A stretch of DNA of 64,000 bases, taken from assembly GCF_009914755.1 (NCBI RefSeq), contig NC_060938.1, one strand, 5' to 3'. How positions within the stretch are numbered: position 1 is the first letter of the stretch; each line of letters opens with the position of its first letter. Source of the DNA: the human T2T-CHM13v2.0 reference genome, Homo sapiens. Below the pieces are notes generated by a model. It did not search any database and was not told where the DNA came from. It was given only the letters and a program-made list of their open reading frames with translations. Below are positions 1 to 14,749 of the stretch, piece after piece. A program made the position numbers and the translations under genes.

Positions 1-2524
1 AAATATTCTTAATAGGAGTTGGGCCAAAGGGCTTATTTGAACTCAGTTAATTAATTTTTAAATAGGGCACAATCTATCAATGAATTCCATATTTTTAAAA
101 AAGTAAAGTTTAGTCACAAGGAAATTGGATGTGGGTGAGAGGACAGGATATTTATTTATTTCTTTTGGGTTTTATTGTTTTCATTCTGTTTTTCATTAAT
201 GTTGCATAAAAATATTATATCGAAAACATTAAGTGCAAATTAACTTTGCTCCTTTGCTAAACTTCTAAAATAGATGTATTAGTTAAGATTCCATTCAGTG
301 GGGTGTAAGAGACACCCAGAGTTGTTATGGCCAAAACAGAAAAGGAGTATATTTATTGCCTACATAAGTGAAAGTAAGCAATTCCCTATTGCATGTAAGA
401 GCTGACGGTGAAGTTCTCAGAGACATAGTTTCCAGCTGACCACTTCACAATACCTTAGGTATTGATCTTATCCTAGATTGTGTGATCTGGGCCTTACTCT
501 GCTAAACAAAGATAGAGGAAAAGAAGAATAAAAAGAAGCAGCAGCAAAGAACAAGCAACAAGAGGACCTTAAAGATGATTTGAGAGGATGACATAAAAAA
601 TTCCCATTTATGTGCTATTGACAAGCTCTTAGTCTTGCTGCAAAGAAGGCTGACAAATTTGTTCATTATTCTAGGTGTCTTAAATTCTATTATTATAGAA
701 GAAGGGCACATTGCAGAATAAATAATTATCTGTCTATCCCATAATACATCTTTTTTGGAAGCCTGTGACAGCAATCCATATTTTTCTCTCTAACAATCCA
801 ACAAAATCAACAAGCATGACCAGCACAAACAACAATCTGACATATTTATTAATATTCCATCAGAGAATAAATAGGTAAATATATTTTTACTGTGATATGT
901 GACTTATAAATTCTAAAGAAATAATAGAATGTACCATAATGTTCACTTTAATCTAAACTTATTTGCTTTTCAAGTCCCTTGAACAGATTTTGAACAGATT
1001 TTGCCTGGGGATGCTTCAGATATGTTTACTGAGTTAGTATAAAAAACTTTAATAATCATAAGATCCAAATCCCTAAATTGGAATTTCTTTTAGGTGACAT
1101 ATTTTCATACACGACAGAAATGAGATCCAAAGAGTGAGTTAATCAAAATCACATAAACGCTTGTTGATCTTCTGAATGTGCAAGCTGAGGACTTTTATAC
1201 TTTTATATTGTGACTTATTTTTACTGTGTAAACCTGAATGTCTTGAATTTTTCTAAATGTTCTGAGTTTATATTCCAAATTTAGAATATAAAAAGATAGG
1301 TAACATGCAAGCATATAAACCAGTAAATCAAAATATAGCTGTATTTGGTGCCCCTAAGTCTCAAAGTATATTATTTTTACTATTAATATTTGTCCAATGA
1401 CTATTAAATAGTGGCCAAAGAATTATCAAAACAATAAATAAATCAGTGAAGAATGAAGTTCTTCATTGTTTCTGAATCAAAAAATCTTTAATGTTTATGC
1501 TCATAATTTCAAATTCACCTCGGCTTAGGAGAGTGTTACAACATTCAGGAAAAATCAAATAAAAAACCATATGTTTGTCCATATGTGTGGAGTCAAAATG
1601 TCATGGGAAAGTTGGAGCTTTTAGAAAAGGTGGGCATTAATCTTCTTGCATAGGAAGTATTTTGATGAGGTTTGATGAGGTTAATGAGATTGACTATTGC
1701 CTTAAACATTCTTTCTTCAGTTTTGAGTTTTAACTATCTGTATTTTTGAAACCAGAAGGAAGTGGTCTTAAAAAACAAGAAAATGAAATGAGGCATATTG
1801 CCATTTTTTGTCAGGCCAGAAACAAAAGTACATCTTGGAAGTACAGGTCATGACAAAATATGTTTTATTTAAAGCATGTGACTTAGGAAAGATTATCACA
1901 TTAATAGAGAGAAGGGAACAGTGGCTTGCCTGATACATTTATATTTTCAAGGACAAGAGCAGTAGTAGAAAAATGTGTGAGTGTCTCCTCCTTCCTGCTG
2001 GATAATTCTGTTTACTCTTTTCAGAGACTAGATTCTCTCATCTGAGAGGAAGAAATTTAATATGTCTAAGACCTAAGCACCTGTCAAGCTACTCCAAAAG
2101 CATTTTCTAAGGGTTCTCAAAGGAAAACAACCTAAGCTTGTATTAAAAACTCTTTTAATTCCATATTCCCTTCTGATTGGCAGTAAGCAAATTAAAAATG
2201 TTGAGATCATTAGTATTTGGTGAGATTCAGTTGAGATTCAAAATGTAAACCAGTTGCCTTATTCAGTATACTTTATGGTGAACATTCTAGAAATAATCTA
2301 AAACTATGAGAAAAAATAGACCAGATATTGTTTTATGAAACTCACTAAGGCTTTTAAATATGTATTGAGAAAATTATATATTAAAAGAGGAGAAGAAACA
2401 ATCTGCCTTGTATAAATGCATACATTTGAGGGTAGCTTATGCTAAATATGTTTGATATAATGAAATTCTGCTGATAAAAAAATTCTCACATATTAGTTAC
2501 AAAAGTTAATTTATTTTAAAATAA

Positions 2525-2700
2525 TTCACTCAGGGTAAGTTTATTGAGAAACTATGTTGTGCTATTTACTCTAATAGGTGCTGAAGATTCAGTGGTGACC
2601 ATTTAGAATATGTCCCTGCCACCAAAAAACTTATTTTCAACTGGTAGGTGGGGGGCAGGGGGATAATAAGTGTACATAAAGTATTTAACAAAGTCAGCAG
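2525..2700 (-). mobile_element. L2 3'-end fragment
   Basis: tttattgagaaactatgttgtgct...ggtgctgaagattcagtggtgac resembles the reverse L2 tail. Confidence 0.5.
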
Positions 2701-2856
2701 TCATTAGTAAACATTACCATTATAGTAATGATAATAATAAATATTACTATTATTGAAGTTGTCTATGAGGATGAAACAAGAAATGTAATTTCAGGCTGAG
2801 GGGGCCATTTCAATTTATGCCTAAATAGATCTTTATTGTGCAGTTATGTAGTGTAT

Positions 2857-3710
2857 TGTTACAGATGGGATTCATTGGAGATAAGAATATGAGATAGATT
2901 CACATACAAAGTATTTATTGTGAGTGCTTTTAGAATGAACACATGTGATAAGGAGAAAGAAACCAGTTGAGAAGAGAACAAAGTGGGCTGCAAAAAAGTT
3001 ATAGCTTCAGCTGGTTTTATGGGGCACTCTGAAGCCAGAGTGTTACTCCAGAGTCATTGAAATTGGGACAGGAGAGCCAGGTTTTGTCATCATTGCATCC
3101 TTCATTCATTGGTTACACACAATTAATGGAAAGGAAGCATGACCTTGGGAAAGATGGTAGTCTTCAGACAAGATAAAACCCCAGAATGTTGATGGCTGAG
3201 GGCTTTAGCCAACAACAATTTCCAAGGAGAATAATTTTTCAGTCTGCAAGCAGATCTAGATGACACAGCACATTGCCCGCTACAGCTCACCCTTCATGTT
3301 GCCTAGATCTATTTGTATAATTTCTAGCAATAGTTTCTCCAGGCCTCTTGAATGATTTTTGAGGGAAAACAATATGAGAGGAAGGTTTGTGCAAAAAACT
3401 GTAACTCCAAAGATGGAGCTGGTCATAAGGCCACAACTGATATTCAGTATTTCCTCCTTTAGTGCCATTTCTAGATTTAGCTTGTGCTGTCCCTCTATTG
3501 ATCTGGGGGACTTACCTAGTGGGGGGTGATGCAGAGCTTCACTGACAATGATCTGAGCCCTTGTCACGATGTTCTCCTCAGGCCATGCCTGCTACATTTG
3601 CACATTTACCAACAAAACTGGGGAAGGGAATGACACAAGGCCCTCAAATGGATCCGCTGAAAGCCAATTTTCTCTTTGACCCCATTATATCATAGAAAAC
3701 TCACTTTAGT
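2857..3710 (-). mobile_element. LTR16-like ERVL LTR (to ~3285) plus adjoining internal fragment
   Basis: Recalled LTR16 motifs (tttattgtgagtgc...aacacatgtg, tggggcactctgaagc) followed by ERV3-16A3-like sequence. Confidence 0.5.
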
Positions 3711-4494
3711 TTCATCCTAGATTATGTGTAGAGAACAAATTACAGGCAGACAAGGATGAAAGCTGGAATGGTTTACTATTCAAATACAGAGAATAACATG
3801 GGTGCTTAGGCCGAGGTGGTTGTAATACAAATGGTGAAATGTAGTCAAATTCTGTATACTTTCTGATGGCAGAGCCAACGAATTTGTTGATAGAATGGGT
3901 GTGAGTTATAAGATGAAGATCAGAGTTGTGAATGATTGTTTTCTAAAATGGGAACAAGTTGAGGACTAGATTTTTTGGCAGGAAGCTGCTTTTATGTACC
4001 AAAAGATTCATCTTAGAAACAAGATATTCTATGTTCCTATAGAATGAGATTTTTACTTCAGCAAAATATTTGACAATAATACTAATCATATTCTCTAGTA
4101 ATAGTCTGTGCAAACTAGTTGAATGATATCAGATACCCTCATATACTGGGTCTATTGGCCAAATAAATTTCAAAAATGTTTTAGAAAACAGAATAAGAAA
4201 AGAAATTCACAAATGACTCCAGGAGACTTCTTTATCTCTTATTAGTTTTCTACTTATGTTTTCTGTTCCAGTAATACAGAACAGATAGTAGTAATTGAAA
4301 AGATCATGATATCTTTAAACTTTATGCAAAACTCTTCATTCCTTACAATCTGCCTTCAAAACTTGCTGTGATTTTTATTCTTCCAGAAAACCTTTCCGAA
4401 CATCTCTATGTTCAGTCTTTTCTGAAGTTCTTAGGGTTGGGGATACTGACATGTTTCATGGCATTTTTCTGATTGTATTGTGATTGAATTATCT

Positions 4495-4610
4495 CACTGG
4501 ATCTAGAGCTTCCTGAGGGCAGCCAATTGATCTGACTAGTGCCTAAATCTCCGCTACCTTGGGCATTTCCTGGTACAAAGAAAGCACCTAATACATATTT
4601 GTAAAATATA
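4495..4610 (+). mobile_element. L2 3'-end fragment
   Basis: gagcttcctgagggcag...cctggtacaaagaaagcacctaatacatatttgt. Confidence 0.5.
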
Positions 4611-6221
4611 TAGGTGACGCCAATTTTGTTTTTAAAGGAAAGATTACTTCTTACTACTTTAGATTGTGTTGGACAAATTACTTGGGAGTCAAATACAGAG
4701 CAGGTGTAATTGTTCAAAATAATTACATAAGTAATTAATTTTTAAAAAATTTCAATGAAATACATTTCTAGAGATTCTGATTTTGTATTTTGAAATGGGG
4801 CCTCTGATTATTTTGATGTAGATTTTTGATGGACTAAACTTACAGACTCACTGGCTTACAATTCTCAGAGAAACTAAAAAGCAAAAAAAATCTCCATCTA
4901 GCCAAGTAAAGTAGTATAATTGGCAGTTGGAAGTCTAAAGATGAAAAGAAGATTTGAAACCTGAATTATTATTTTTATTATAAAAGGTCAAAATGTACTT
5001 ACAACAAAAATGCTTTTAAAAAGAGCTAAAATAGAATTGCATTGTGAGTAATACATAAAAGATATACCAATTTTACATTCTTATACCTACAAATTCAAGG
5101 GCTTTAATTTGAAAAAGTTCAATTAGCCAAAATATATTGACATTTTCCATTGTTATTGTTTTTAGCCATCAAAAATTTATGATTATATAAAGGATTTTAA
5201 TATCTAGGCCCCATGCATTAGAGTTAAAATTTTAATTTTCACTAATTTCACAATGAGATAATTTTTTAAAAAATGATTTAATGTTCCAAACTCTGAAAGA
5301 TTGGCTTTATACATAAGAATAAGGACTATATCCATCAATTTCTTTTTCTTATGGTGAAGCACAAATGTCAGAACTCCCCAGATAAATTTATGACTTGATT
5401 CCTGTTAAGCTTGAATTGTCTTCCTATTGCTTTTCTAAGAAATAAAATAATAGTTTTTTCTAGAGGAAAACATTCCTAAAAACTGGGTGTTTTTCAAATC
5501 TATCTCTGAACCAGAGAAGAACTGACAAGCATAAGTACCCAGAGTGAAAACACATAGAGATTTATTAGACTCTGTTTTTAGCAACATGGGAAGACACGAA
5601 ATTAGGATATCTCTAGGGAAAATTGAAATGCTATATGTGTTAATATTTCTAGTTCTTTCTATCAGCCAGTTCTTAGTAAATGGCTATGAGACTTTAAGTG
5701 CTTTAAAGTACACAAAGTACTACCTCTAAATGTAATGTCTTTGGCAGTTAAAAAATCTGTTATTTTTTCAAAAGAACAGATCTCACGTTTACCCTTGCAT
5801 TACTTGAACTACCTTGAGTTGCCAATAAATTGAAACGAATTGATAAATATGTGGATAACTGGCTGGAGCCACTCAGATATGAGTATTATCCAAATCCCTT
5901 TCCAGATGTTTTTTATTTATTCTGCAATACACGGGCAGGTTCCATACATCTTTCCCAAGGCAAACAATCATTTAGCAATATACCACCATCATACATTGCT
6001 GTAAAATCCCAAATAAGTAAATGGGAAATAGGAATATAATTTATGATGGCTTTCTCAGTAACTCATTTTACTACTTTTGGTTTATCAAGTCAGATTTCAA
6101 ATGACTTTCCTGCATCTAGTTCTTTTCTATTTTATTTCCTCTTGTAGCTACAGGCAAATTAATCTTCCTAAAACTCCACTTTGATCATGTCACCTTATAT
6201 TCAAGAATCCATATGACTAAT

Positions 6222-8409
6222 TGTGATGGTTAATACTGAGTGTCAACTTGATTGGATTGAAGGATGCAAAGTACTGATCCTGGGTGTGTCTGTGAGGGTG
6301 TTGCCAAAGGAGATTAACATTTGAGTCAGTGGACTGGGAGAGGCAGACCCACCCTCAATCTGGGTGGGCACCATCTAATCAGTGGCTATGACAACTAGAA
6401 TATAAGCAGGCAGAAAAATGTGAAAAGAGAGACTGGCCTAGCCTCCCAGCCTCCATCCTTCTCCTGTGCTGGATGCTTCCTGCCCTCGAACATTGGACTC
6501 CAAGTTCTTCAGTCTTGGAACTTGGGCAGGCTCTCCTTGCTCCTCAGCCTACAGATGGCCTATTGTGGGACCTTGTGATCATGTGAGTTAATACTTAATA
6601 AACTCCCATATATATATTCTTATATATATATATCCATATATATATTCCTATATATATTTCCATATGTATATTCCTATATATATATTTCCATATGTATATT
6701 CCTGTATATATTTCCATGTGTATATTCCTATATATATTCCTATATATATTTATATATATATTCCTATATATATTCCTGTATATATTCCTATATATATTCC
6801 TATATATATATTCCTATATACCTATATGTATTCCCATATATATATTCCCATATATATATTCCCATATATATATTCCCATATATATATTCCTATATATTCC
6901 TATATATATTCCTATATATATTCCTATATATATTCCTATATATATATTCCTATATATTCCTATATATAGTCCTATATATATATTCTTATATATAGTCCTA
7001 TATATAGTCCTGTATATATAGTCCTATATATATAGTCCTGTATGTATAGTCCTATGTATATAGTCCTATGTATATAGTCCTATGTATATATTCCTATGTA
7101 TATATTCCTATATATATATTCCTATGTATATATTCCTATGTATATATTCCTATGTATATATTCCTATGTATATATTCCTATATATATTTCTATGTATATA
7201 TTCCTATGTATATATTCCTATGTATATATATATTCCTATATATATTCCTATGTGTATATATATTCCTATGTGTATATATATATTCATGTATATATTCATA
7301 TATATATATTCCTATGTATATATATATTCCTATGTGTATATATATTCCTATATATTCCTATATATATATTCCTATATATATATTCCTATATATATATTCC
7401 TATATATATATTCCTATATATATATTCCTATATATATATTCCTATATATATATTCCTATATATATATTCCTATATATATATTCCTATATATATATTCCTA
7501 TATATATTCCTATATATATATTCCTATATATATTCCTATATATATATTCCTATATATATTCCTATATATATATTCCTATATATATTCCTATATATATATT
7601 CCTATATATATATTCCTATATATATTCCTATATATATATTCCTATATATATTCCTATATATATATATTCCTATATATATATTCCTATATATATTCCTATA
7701 TATATATATTCCTATATATATTCCTATATATATATATTCCTATATATATTCCTATATATATATATTCCTATATATATATATTCCTATATATATATTCCTA
7801 TATATATATATTCCTATATATATATTCCTATATATATATATTCCTATATATATATTCCTATATATATATATTCCTATATATATATTCCTATATATATATA
7901 TTCCTATATATATATATTCCTATATATATATTCCTATATATATATTCCTATATATATATATTCCTATATATATATTCCTATATATATATATTCCTATATA
8001 TATATATTCCTATATATATATTCCTATATATATATTCCTATATATATATATTCCTATATATATATTCCTATATATATTTTCCTATATATATTCCTATATA
8101 TATTCCTATATATATATTCCCATATATATATTCCTATATATATATTCCTATATATATTCCTATATATAGATATTCCTATATATATATTCCTATATATATT
8201 CCTATACATATATTCCTATATATATTCCTATACATATATTCCTATATATATTCCTATATATATTCCTATACATATACATTCCTATATATATATTCCTATA
8301 TATATATACATATATATATTCATATATATATTTATATATATATATTCATATATATATATTCATATATATATATTCCATTAGTTCGGTCCCTCTAGAGAAC
8401 TCTAATACA
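6222..8409 (+). mobile_element. MLT2A (MLT2A1/A2; HERV-L) solo LTR interrupted by an expanded AT-rich array
   Basis: Begins TGTGATGGTTAATACTGAGTGTCAACTTGATTGGATTGAAGG, has AATAAA at 6597-6602, ends attagttcggtccctctagagaactctaatACA. Confidence 0.9.
6609..8378. repeat. ~1.77-kb TTCC(TA)4-6 tandem array with GTCC, TATG and TTCA variant blocks
   Basis: Directly visible 12/14/16-bp units. Confidence 0.98.
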
Positions 8410-8521
8410 TGAATCATTACTTATAAATTAAAAGATTTATAAGTAATTGTAAATCTTTCCTGGTCATACCTTTAATCACACTATCTATTCATTCTTATCA
8501 TACTTTCTTATTGAACCTCAA

Positions 8522-9004
8522 TTGGGGTTGATTAAAAATCATGGCCACAATGTTTTACATCTTCTTCTATTAAGAAGTAGCATCGTTTCCCCACTCCTTG
8601 AATCTGGACTGCTGACATAACCTGCTTTCATCAATACATACAGTAGAAGTGATATTGCACAACTTCTAAGGCTGGGCTTTAGGGCCTTTGAAGATTCTGT
8701 GTTTATCCTCTTAAGATATGACCCTGAGAATGCCCCATAAGGAAGGCAGTCTAACCTACTGCAGGAGGAGAGGCCATGTGGAGGACAGATGAAGCATGCT
8801 TGCGGATGGCCAGTACCAATTGCCAGATGAGCTGACCCTCCACCTAAGCACGGCCACAGGAGTAAACCCAGGTGAAACCAGAAGCAAAACTGCCCCTCCT
8901 GCCCCCAAAATTGTGATGACAATAACAATATGAAGTTGTTTTAAGCCATGAAGTATTTGTTGGTAAGTACTGGTAGTTTCTTACCAGGAAAAGTAGTTGA
9001 TGCA
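8522..9004 (+). mobile_element. MLT1 (MLT1G/H-like) MaLR LTR
   Basis: atggccaca...ccttgaatctgg...agaagtga...ttgttttaagcca. Confidence 0.65.
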
Positions 9005-10101
9005 TCAGGCATGTGCTAGAAGCATTTCAAAGTGCTAGGTATTCATTAATAAGAGGTAGACAAGGACCCTCATTTCATAGAGCTTAAAGCCTAGAAAGTA
9101 GAGAATAAGGATATATATAAATAAAAAATGGACTAAAACACCATAAATAAGCGTTTCAAGTAGTGATACATTTTTGCACAGGAAATTTAAACAGGATATG
9201 TAAAAGAGATAGAAAGAAGGCAAGGAAAACACGTTTTGATGTAATAAATCAGGAACCCAGCACCAAGTCAGGCCCATAAAAGCCTTTTCATTCAGTGGCA
9301 TAATGTTTTAATTTTGTTTCTGTTGTTTTGCTTTTAATAAATGTGAATACTTTTAACTAAAACATGCCCTCTTAATGTAGATGATAATCTTTCACAGGCC
9401 CTAGTATCTTACGTCTAGACACTTCATATATTTTTTTATTCTTCTGGTTCTGAAGGTGCCTTTTGTCTAGAATGTTTTGGTTTGTATAATTCTGCGCAAA
9501 TACACCCTGGTGTTTCTTTATCTCTACTTCAACAGCTCTGCTCCACCTTTAAAACTCAGTAAAATCTCATTTTTTTCAATAAAACCACCACTCCGTCCCC
9601 CCAAGCATAACCTCAAGAGAACATTCTCTCTTTGAAATTGTAAAATTACAACATCCTCTCTCAGTAAAGAGCGTAACACCTATTTTGGTGTTATGGCGGT
9701 TCTGGTGAAGATTAGAGATGATTTGTATAAACTTTTCTGCATAGCACCTGCCACAGCACAATTAAAATAAATGATAGAAATCATCATCGCTATGATCATC
9801 ATTATTGTTATTGTATTGAATCCCCTGCTCATTCAAATATTATTTATTTAGTGCCTTTAATACACCAACTATAAGGCTAGATGCTGTGAAGACAGAAATG
9901 AGTTATCTTTCTATCCTAGAGAATTATGCTGGGGTGTTGAGCAGAATCGGTGCAGCACTTAGATCAGGGCACCTTGGGCTTTATCCTGAGTCCTATGCCT
10001 TGGAGAAAGAGCTCCTGTCTTTCTCCAAGCCATGCCCCTCCCCATGGGGTCAGTAGTCTACAGGGCCAAGAAACATGCCCACCCAGTTGCCCCTTCTAGA
10101 C

Positions 10102-10414
10102 CAGGGCTTCTCAAATTGTCTATGGTGAAGAACCAGTTTTATTTTGTCCTTTAATTTCCAATCTGCTGTTTACAAAACTTTTGTAAAATATAATAAAAAT
10201 TAATTACTAGAGAAATGAAACCTTAAAGGTTGCATTCGTAAAATGCAACATCTAATTTTTTATTGTTAGATCCAACAAAAATTAAATTATTTTGCCAAAT
10301 TGCTATCAAAGTTTCTACATCCTTACATCAATTCCTGCCCTTATATTGTTGCAGAACAATAACAAACTTTCCACAAACTGACAGTAGTTTGTAGACTGCA
10401 TTTGAGTAGCACTG
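10102..10414. mobile_element. hAT-Charlie non-autonomous DNA transposon (Charlie18a-like)
   Basis: Terminal inverted repeats cagggcttctcaaa / tttgagtagcactg (12/14 match); internal ttttgtaaaatataataaaaattaattactag. Confidence 0.6.
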
Positions 10415-10897
10415 TAGCAAAAACTATGTTTAGGATCCTAGGACTCCAGAATTTCATTGAAAAATAAACAACAGTAACACATGTTTGGGTTAAGAAACCA
10501 TAGCAGAAAGGCAGAATACAGAATGAATTTAGGAATTATTACTGAGGTAGAAATGGAGGGTACCTAATTCTGCCTCTAATATTTATTGGATTTTTATCAT
10601 TTAAGTTTATCCTAAATAAGAATCTCTTTGTGTGCCTGTAAGATGTGGCAGGAATTAGCACACATTTGTGCTTAGACTAGCAGTAGTATAGGGTCTCAAT
10701 GGTAATTTAGGACTGTCATACTCCCTCACCTCACACCAGTTCCATCATTTCTCCATTGTTCCTGTTTATGTCTCTCTCTCTTATCTTCCTCACTTACCAG
10801 AAGGTAAGAACTACTTGTTAGGTCCTTTGAATTCCCCATACCGCAGATTACTATTCCTTGCAGACAGTCAACATGGAAGGCTATGAAAAGTGAAAGG

Positions 10898-11465
10898 CTG
10901 GAGTTCCCGAACTGTGTACCAAATTCATTCCACTATGCCCTGATAAATTTATAAGGTCACTATGGGAAAGTTTAAATACCCCAGGGAAGTACAACAACAA
11001 CTGTCGGACACCTCAGAAACTATTAGGTCTAAGTAGCTTATGGTTTCAAAATGAGATCACACTGCTTTCCTTTTGATGATGCCATAACTATGCAAAAATT
11101 TTGGAGGTTGCTAAGATACAAATTAAGGACCATGTGAAAATCAATGTGGAACAAAAATTATGCTGATAGGATCCAATCTGATTCCAAGCTTTGAGAAGCT
11201 GTGTAGTGCCCAACAGGTATACACATCTCATTGTGGTATGTGATTGTGGTTGTGTAAACATGAAATAAAAATATTTTTTCATTGAATTTATTTTTTTTTA
11301 AATGGCTACTAAGTTCAGAGGACATAAATGCTAACTAACATTCTTGGACATAACTACTTAGTGAGTGAAACTGTGTGGTGTGGTATTTCTTCTGGACTGG
11401 GGCATTGTAAAAAATTAGTTGAATAGTAAGGATGCCATAAACCAAGAAAATCAGGGAGTCTCTTG
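10898..11465. mobile_element. hAT-Charlie derivative (MER119/Charlie4a-like)
   Basis: gaaaatcaatgtggaaca...tccaatctgattccaag...agtgcccaacagg recalled from a Charlie-family consensus. Confidence 0.5.
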
Positions 11466-11747
11466 TATAAGATCTTTAAATCTCTCCTTTATTGCTTAAT
11501 GATTGCAAGGGCATGGCCATTTTTTTGTCAAATAGGGCTTCTCGTATTATCTACCCCCAAGGTTTTCTATAAGGATTAAGTAAAATAATTCTTAGATCAT
11601 TGTCTGGTATATAGCAAGCTCTCAATAAATGTTAGCTATTATTATTTTTTGTTTTCAACTCCACCTCACATATTTTCAAGGCACCAAGGTACTTCAGAAA
11701 CCCAGTATCACAGCTAATGTTTTGTGGCTTAAAAAAATCCCTCAATC

Positions 11748-12103
<356 letters not shown>

Positions 12104-12799
12104 CTATAGGTACCCCCCCCCTACCTGTTATAGGATGAGATAATTAGATGAATGGATGCATTAGACTACATTTTTCTTGTTTTGTCATTTTCCATTTTAT
12201 TTTGAACAGGTAGTTTTACAGAAACTGGCAGACGTGCTGCTAAGAACACAGCTGGATAGAAATATATTATGAACAAAGCTATAAAAAGACAGCTTCTCTA
12301 TTTGTCTGAATCTCTCAGCTACATGGTCAGTGATGCTTAAGGAAGACTAAAAATACGTATAGCTATAGCTTTATGGAATCGGCAGGCAGGACGCCATTAG
12401 TATGACAGCATTTTGCTTCAGCCTCAGGTAAAAGCAACTGCCTGCTTGAAATCCTTTCCTGAGAGTGAATAAAGCAGGTGGAAGTGGAGAAGCTGAGTTG
12501 ATATTCAAGCTTACTTCCAGGTGGGAGAGGTCAATAAGGGTAACCATAAAGCACTCTCCAAGCCAGAGCCAAACCACTGCCTCCTGCTAAAATGTGTTCT
12601 CTTTGCAGCTGTTTCCATGTATTTATCAATCAAATAAAAAGACAGTGCCAAAGTGTAACTGTCCACCAAGACCTCTCTTTTCCTCATCCTGCTGAATTTT
12701 CTTAAATGTCCTCTTTCCTCTCCAGGTTTACATCTAGAATATGTGGTCGCTTATGCTCTTGCTCATCCCATACCATGTCCTTTTCTTGACTTTCTAAAG

Positions 12800-13015
12800 C
12801 AAGAGTCAGCAAACTATTTTTGTAAAGCGTAGGAGGTTAAATATTTCAGGCTCTGTGGGCCACACAGTCTCTGTTGCAACTACTCCAGCTCTGCCACTAC
12901 TATACAAAAGCAGCCATAGACAATATACACATGAATGCTCTTCCAGCAAAGACTTATTGACAAAACCAGGCAGTTGTTTGGACTAGGCCCATGGGTCATA
13001 GTTTGCCAACCCCCG
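12800..13015. mobile_element. MER58A-like hAT MITE
   Basis: gtcagcaaact...ggccacacagtctctgttgcaactact...aaagcagccatagacaat...tagtttgccaacccc. Confidence 0.8.
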
Positions 13016-13093
13016 TTATAAGGTAAAAAAGAGAATCTAAATGAGTGATATGACTACCCAAATGGACTTAGGGTTTGAGGGTATTAATGCAAT

Positions 13094-13556
13094 TTTATTT
13101 ATTTATTTATTTTTATTATACTTTAAGTTCTAGGGTACATGTGCACAACGTGCAGGTTTGTTACATATGTATACATGTGCCATGTTGGTGTGCTGCACCC
13201 ATTAACTCGTCATTTACATTAGGTATATCTCCTAATGCTATCCCTCCCCCCTCCCCTCACCCCATGACAGGCCCCAGTGTGTGATGCTCCCCTTCCTGTG
13301 TCCAAGGGTTCTCATTTTTCAATTCCCACCTATGAGTGAGAACATGTGGTGTTTGGTTTTTTTTGTCCTTGTGATAGTTTGCTGAGAATGATGGTTTCCA
13401 GCTTCATCCACATTTCTATAAAGGACATGAACTCATCGTTTTTTATGGCTGCATAGTGTTCCATGGTGTATATGTGACACATTTTCTTAATCCAGTCCAT
13501 CACTGATGGACATTTGGGTTGGTTCCAAGTCTTCGCTATTGTGAATAGTGCCACAA
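13094..13556 (-). mobile_element. 5'-truncated young L1PA (L1PA3-5-like) 3' end
   Basis: ttattatactttaagttctagggtacatgtgcacaacgtgcagg 3'UTR; ORF2 C-terminus ALFTIAKTWNQPKCPS. Confidence 0.92.
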
Positions 13557-14259
13557 GAATTGAAAGCCAAGAAGCCAATGACTAATTCTCATTAATTCAC
13601 TCATTCTTACAAATTGCGTTGCTTGTATGCTATAAACAAAACACTGATTTGAATAAACTCCAGTGCTGCATTATATCCATGTTAGCATGGAATGTTTATT
13701 TCCTACTCATGATGTTTTCTCCTGTAATGAAAGAGCTCTTTCCTCTCATTCATTCTTCCCAAGAGTAGAGCAGTGGTTTAATATGATTAGTGATTTTGAA
13801 ATAAAATAATGGGCATGTATAGTTTAACACCTTTCTCTTGCATTATGTTTGGAAGTGAGTTGCTCCAGAAAACTAATACTCTTTGCTTCTGGAGAGGGAG
13901 GGAGGATCTGCCACAATTATGTGAGTCTGCCTGGTTTGGGGGATAAGTTTTAGAGAGCTCATATGCCTTCAGATACAAGGTATATCTTACTATTTAAACT
14001 TTATCAATCATAAGGGTGATATTTTGGTGCCCATAGGGTTTACCCTTTGTCTTGTTTCTTAATCACTTTGGAACTCTGCCAAGAAAGAAGGATACTCTAT
14101 AGTGGGCTGCTTTAGAGACCTCAGAATTGATCAAAACAATCACGGCCAGTGTTCCCAAAGAAACCACAGAGGGGCACAGGTATTTATTGAGAAAATTAAA
14201 GAATTATAAACTGATAAGAACCTAATGGTAGAAATCAAAATAGCCAACAGGGAATATAA

Positions 14260-14720
14260 CAAATGGATGTTGTCTAGTCTTGTGAGTGGGAAGGTAGTGA
14301 GAGTTGTCAGAAACAGACTCTATGAGGAAGAAACATTTGAGTTAAGCTGCAAAGGATGAATAGGCTAAATAGGCAAGAATAAGGCTAGATGGCTTTCTGA
14401 GTATTGAAAATAGCATGCAAAAAGGCTCTGATAACAACAACAAAAAAATCATATTTCATGGTCAGTTTTGCTTAAAAGTTGGGCAGAGATAAGAGGTGAG
14501 AGATGATGGTGAAGATGCAGAAGGAGCCAGTTCTTGGAGGTGCTTATAAGCCACTTAAATATTCCAGGTGTTATTTAAAGAGCAATGGGGAGCTATTGAA
14601 GTTTTAAGTTTTTAAATGGTTCTAGATAGTACCATTCTCAGATCGAATTGAAGAAATACTCTAGATACTTGGACAAATAGAGTTTAATTAGGAGCAAAAG
14701 TAGATGGCTATTGAAGATTC
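14260..14720 (-). mobile_element. L2 fragment (appears to resume at ~16740-16975)
   Basis: acatttgagttaag...aatagcatgcaaaaaggctctga...gcaatggggagctattgaag. Confidence 0.6.
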
Positions 14721-14749
14721 AAAGGCCTAATGAATAATCCTTAAGCCCC

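Noticed and set aside
6664-8395. Long ORFs (up to 437 aa) of Y/I/P/F/S in all three + frames
   Set aside because: The TTCC(TA)n repeat simply cannot form stop codons on this strand; there is no coding signal
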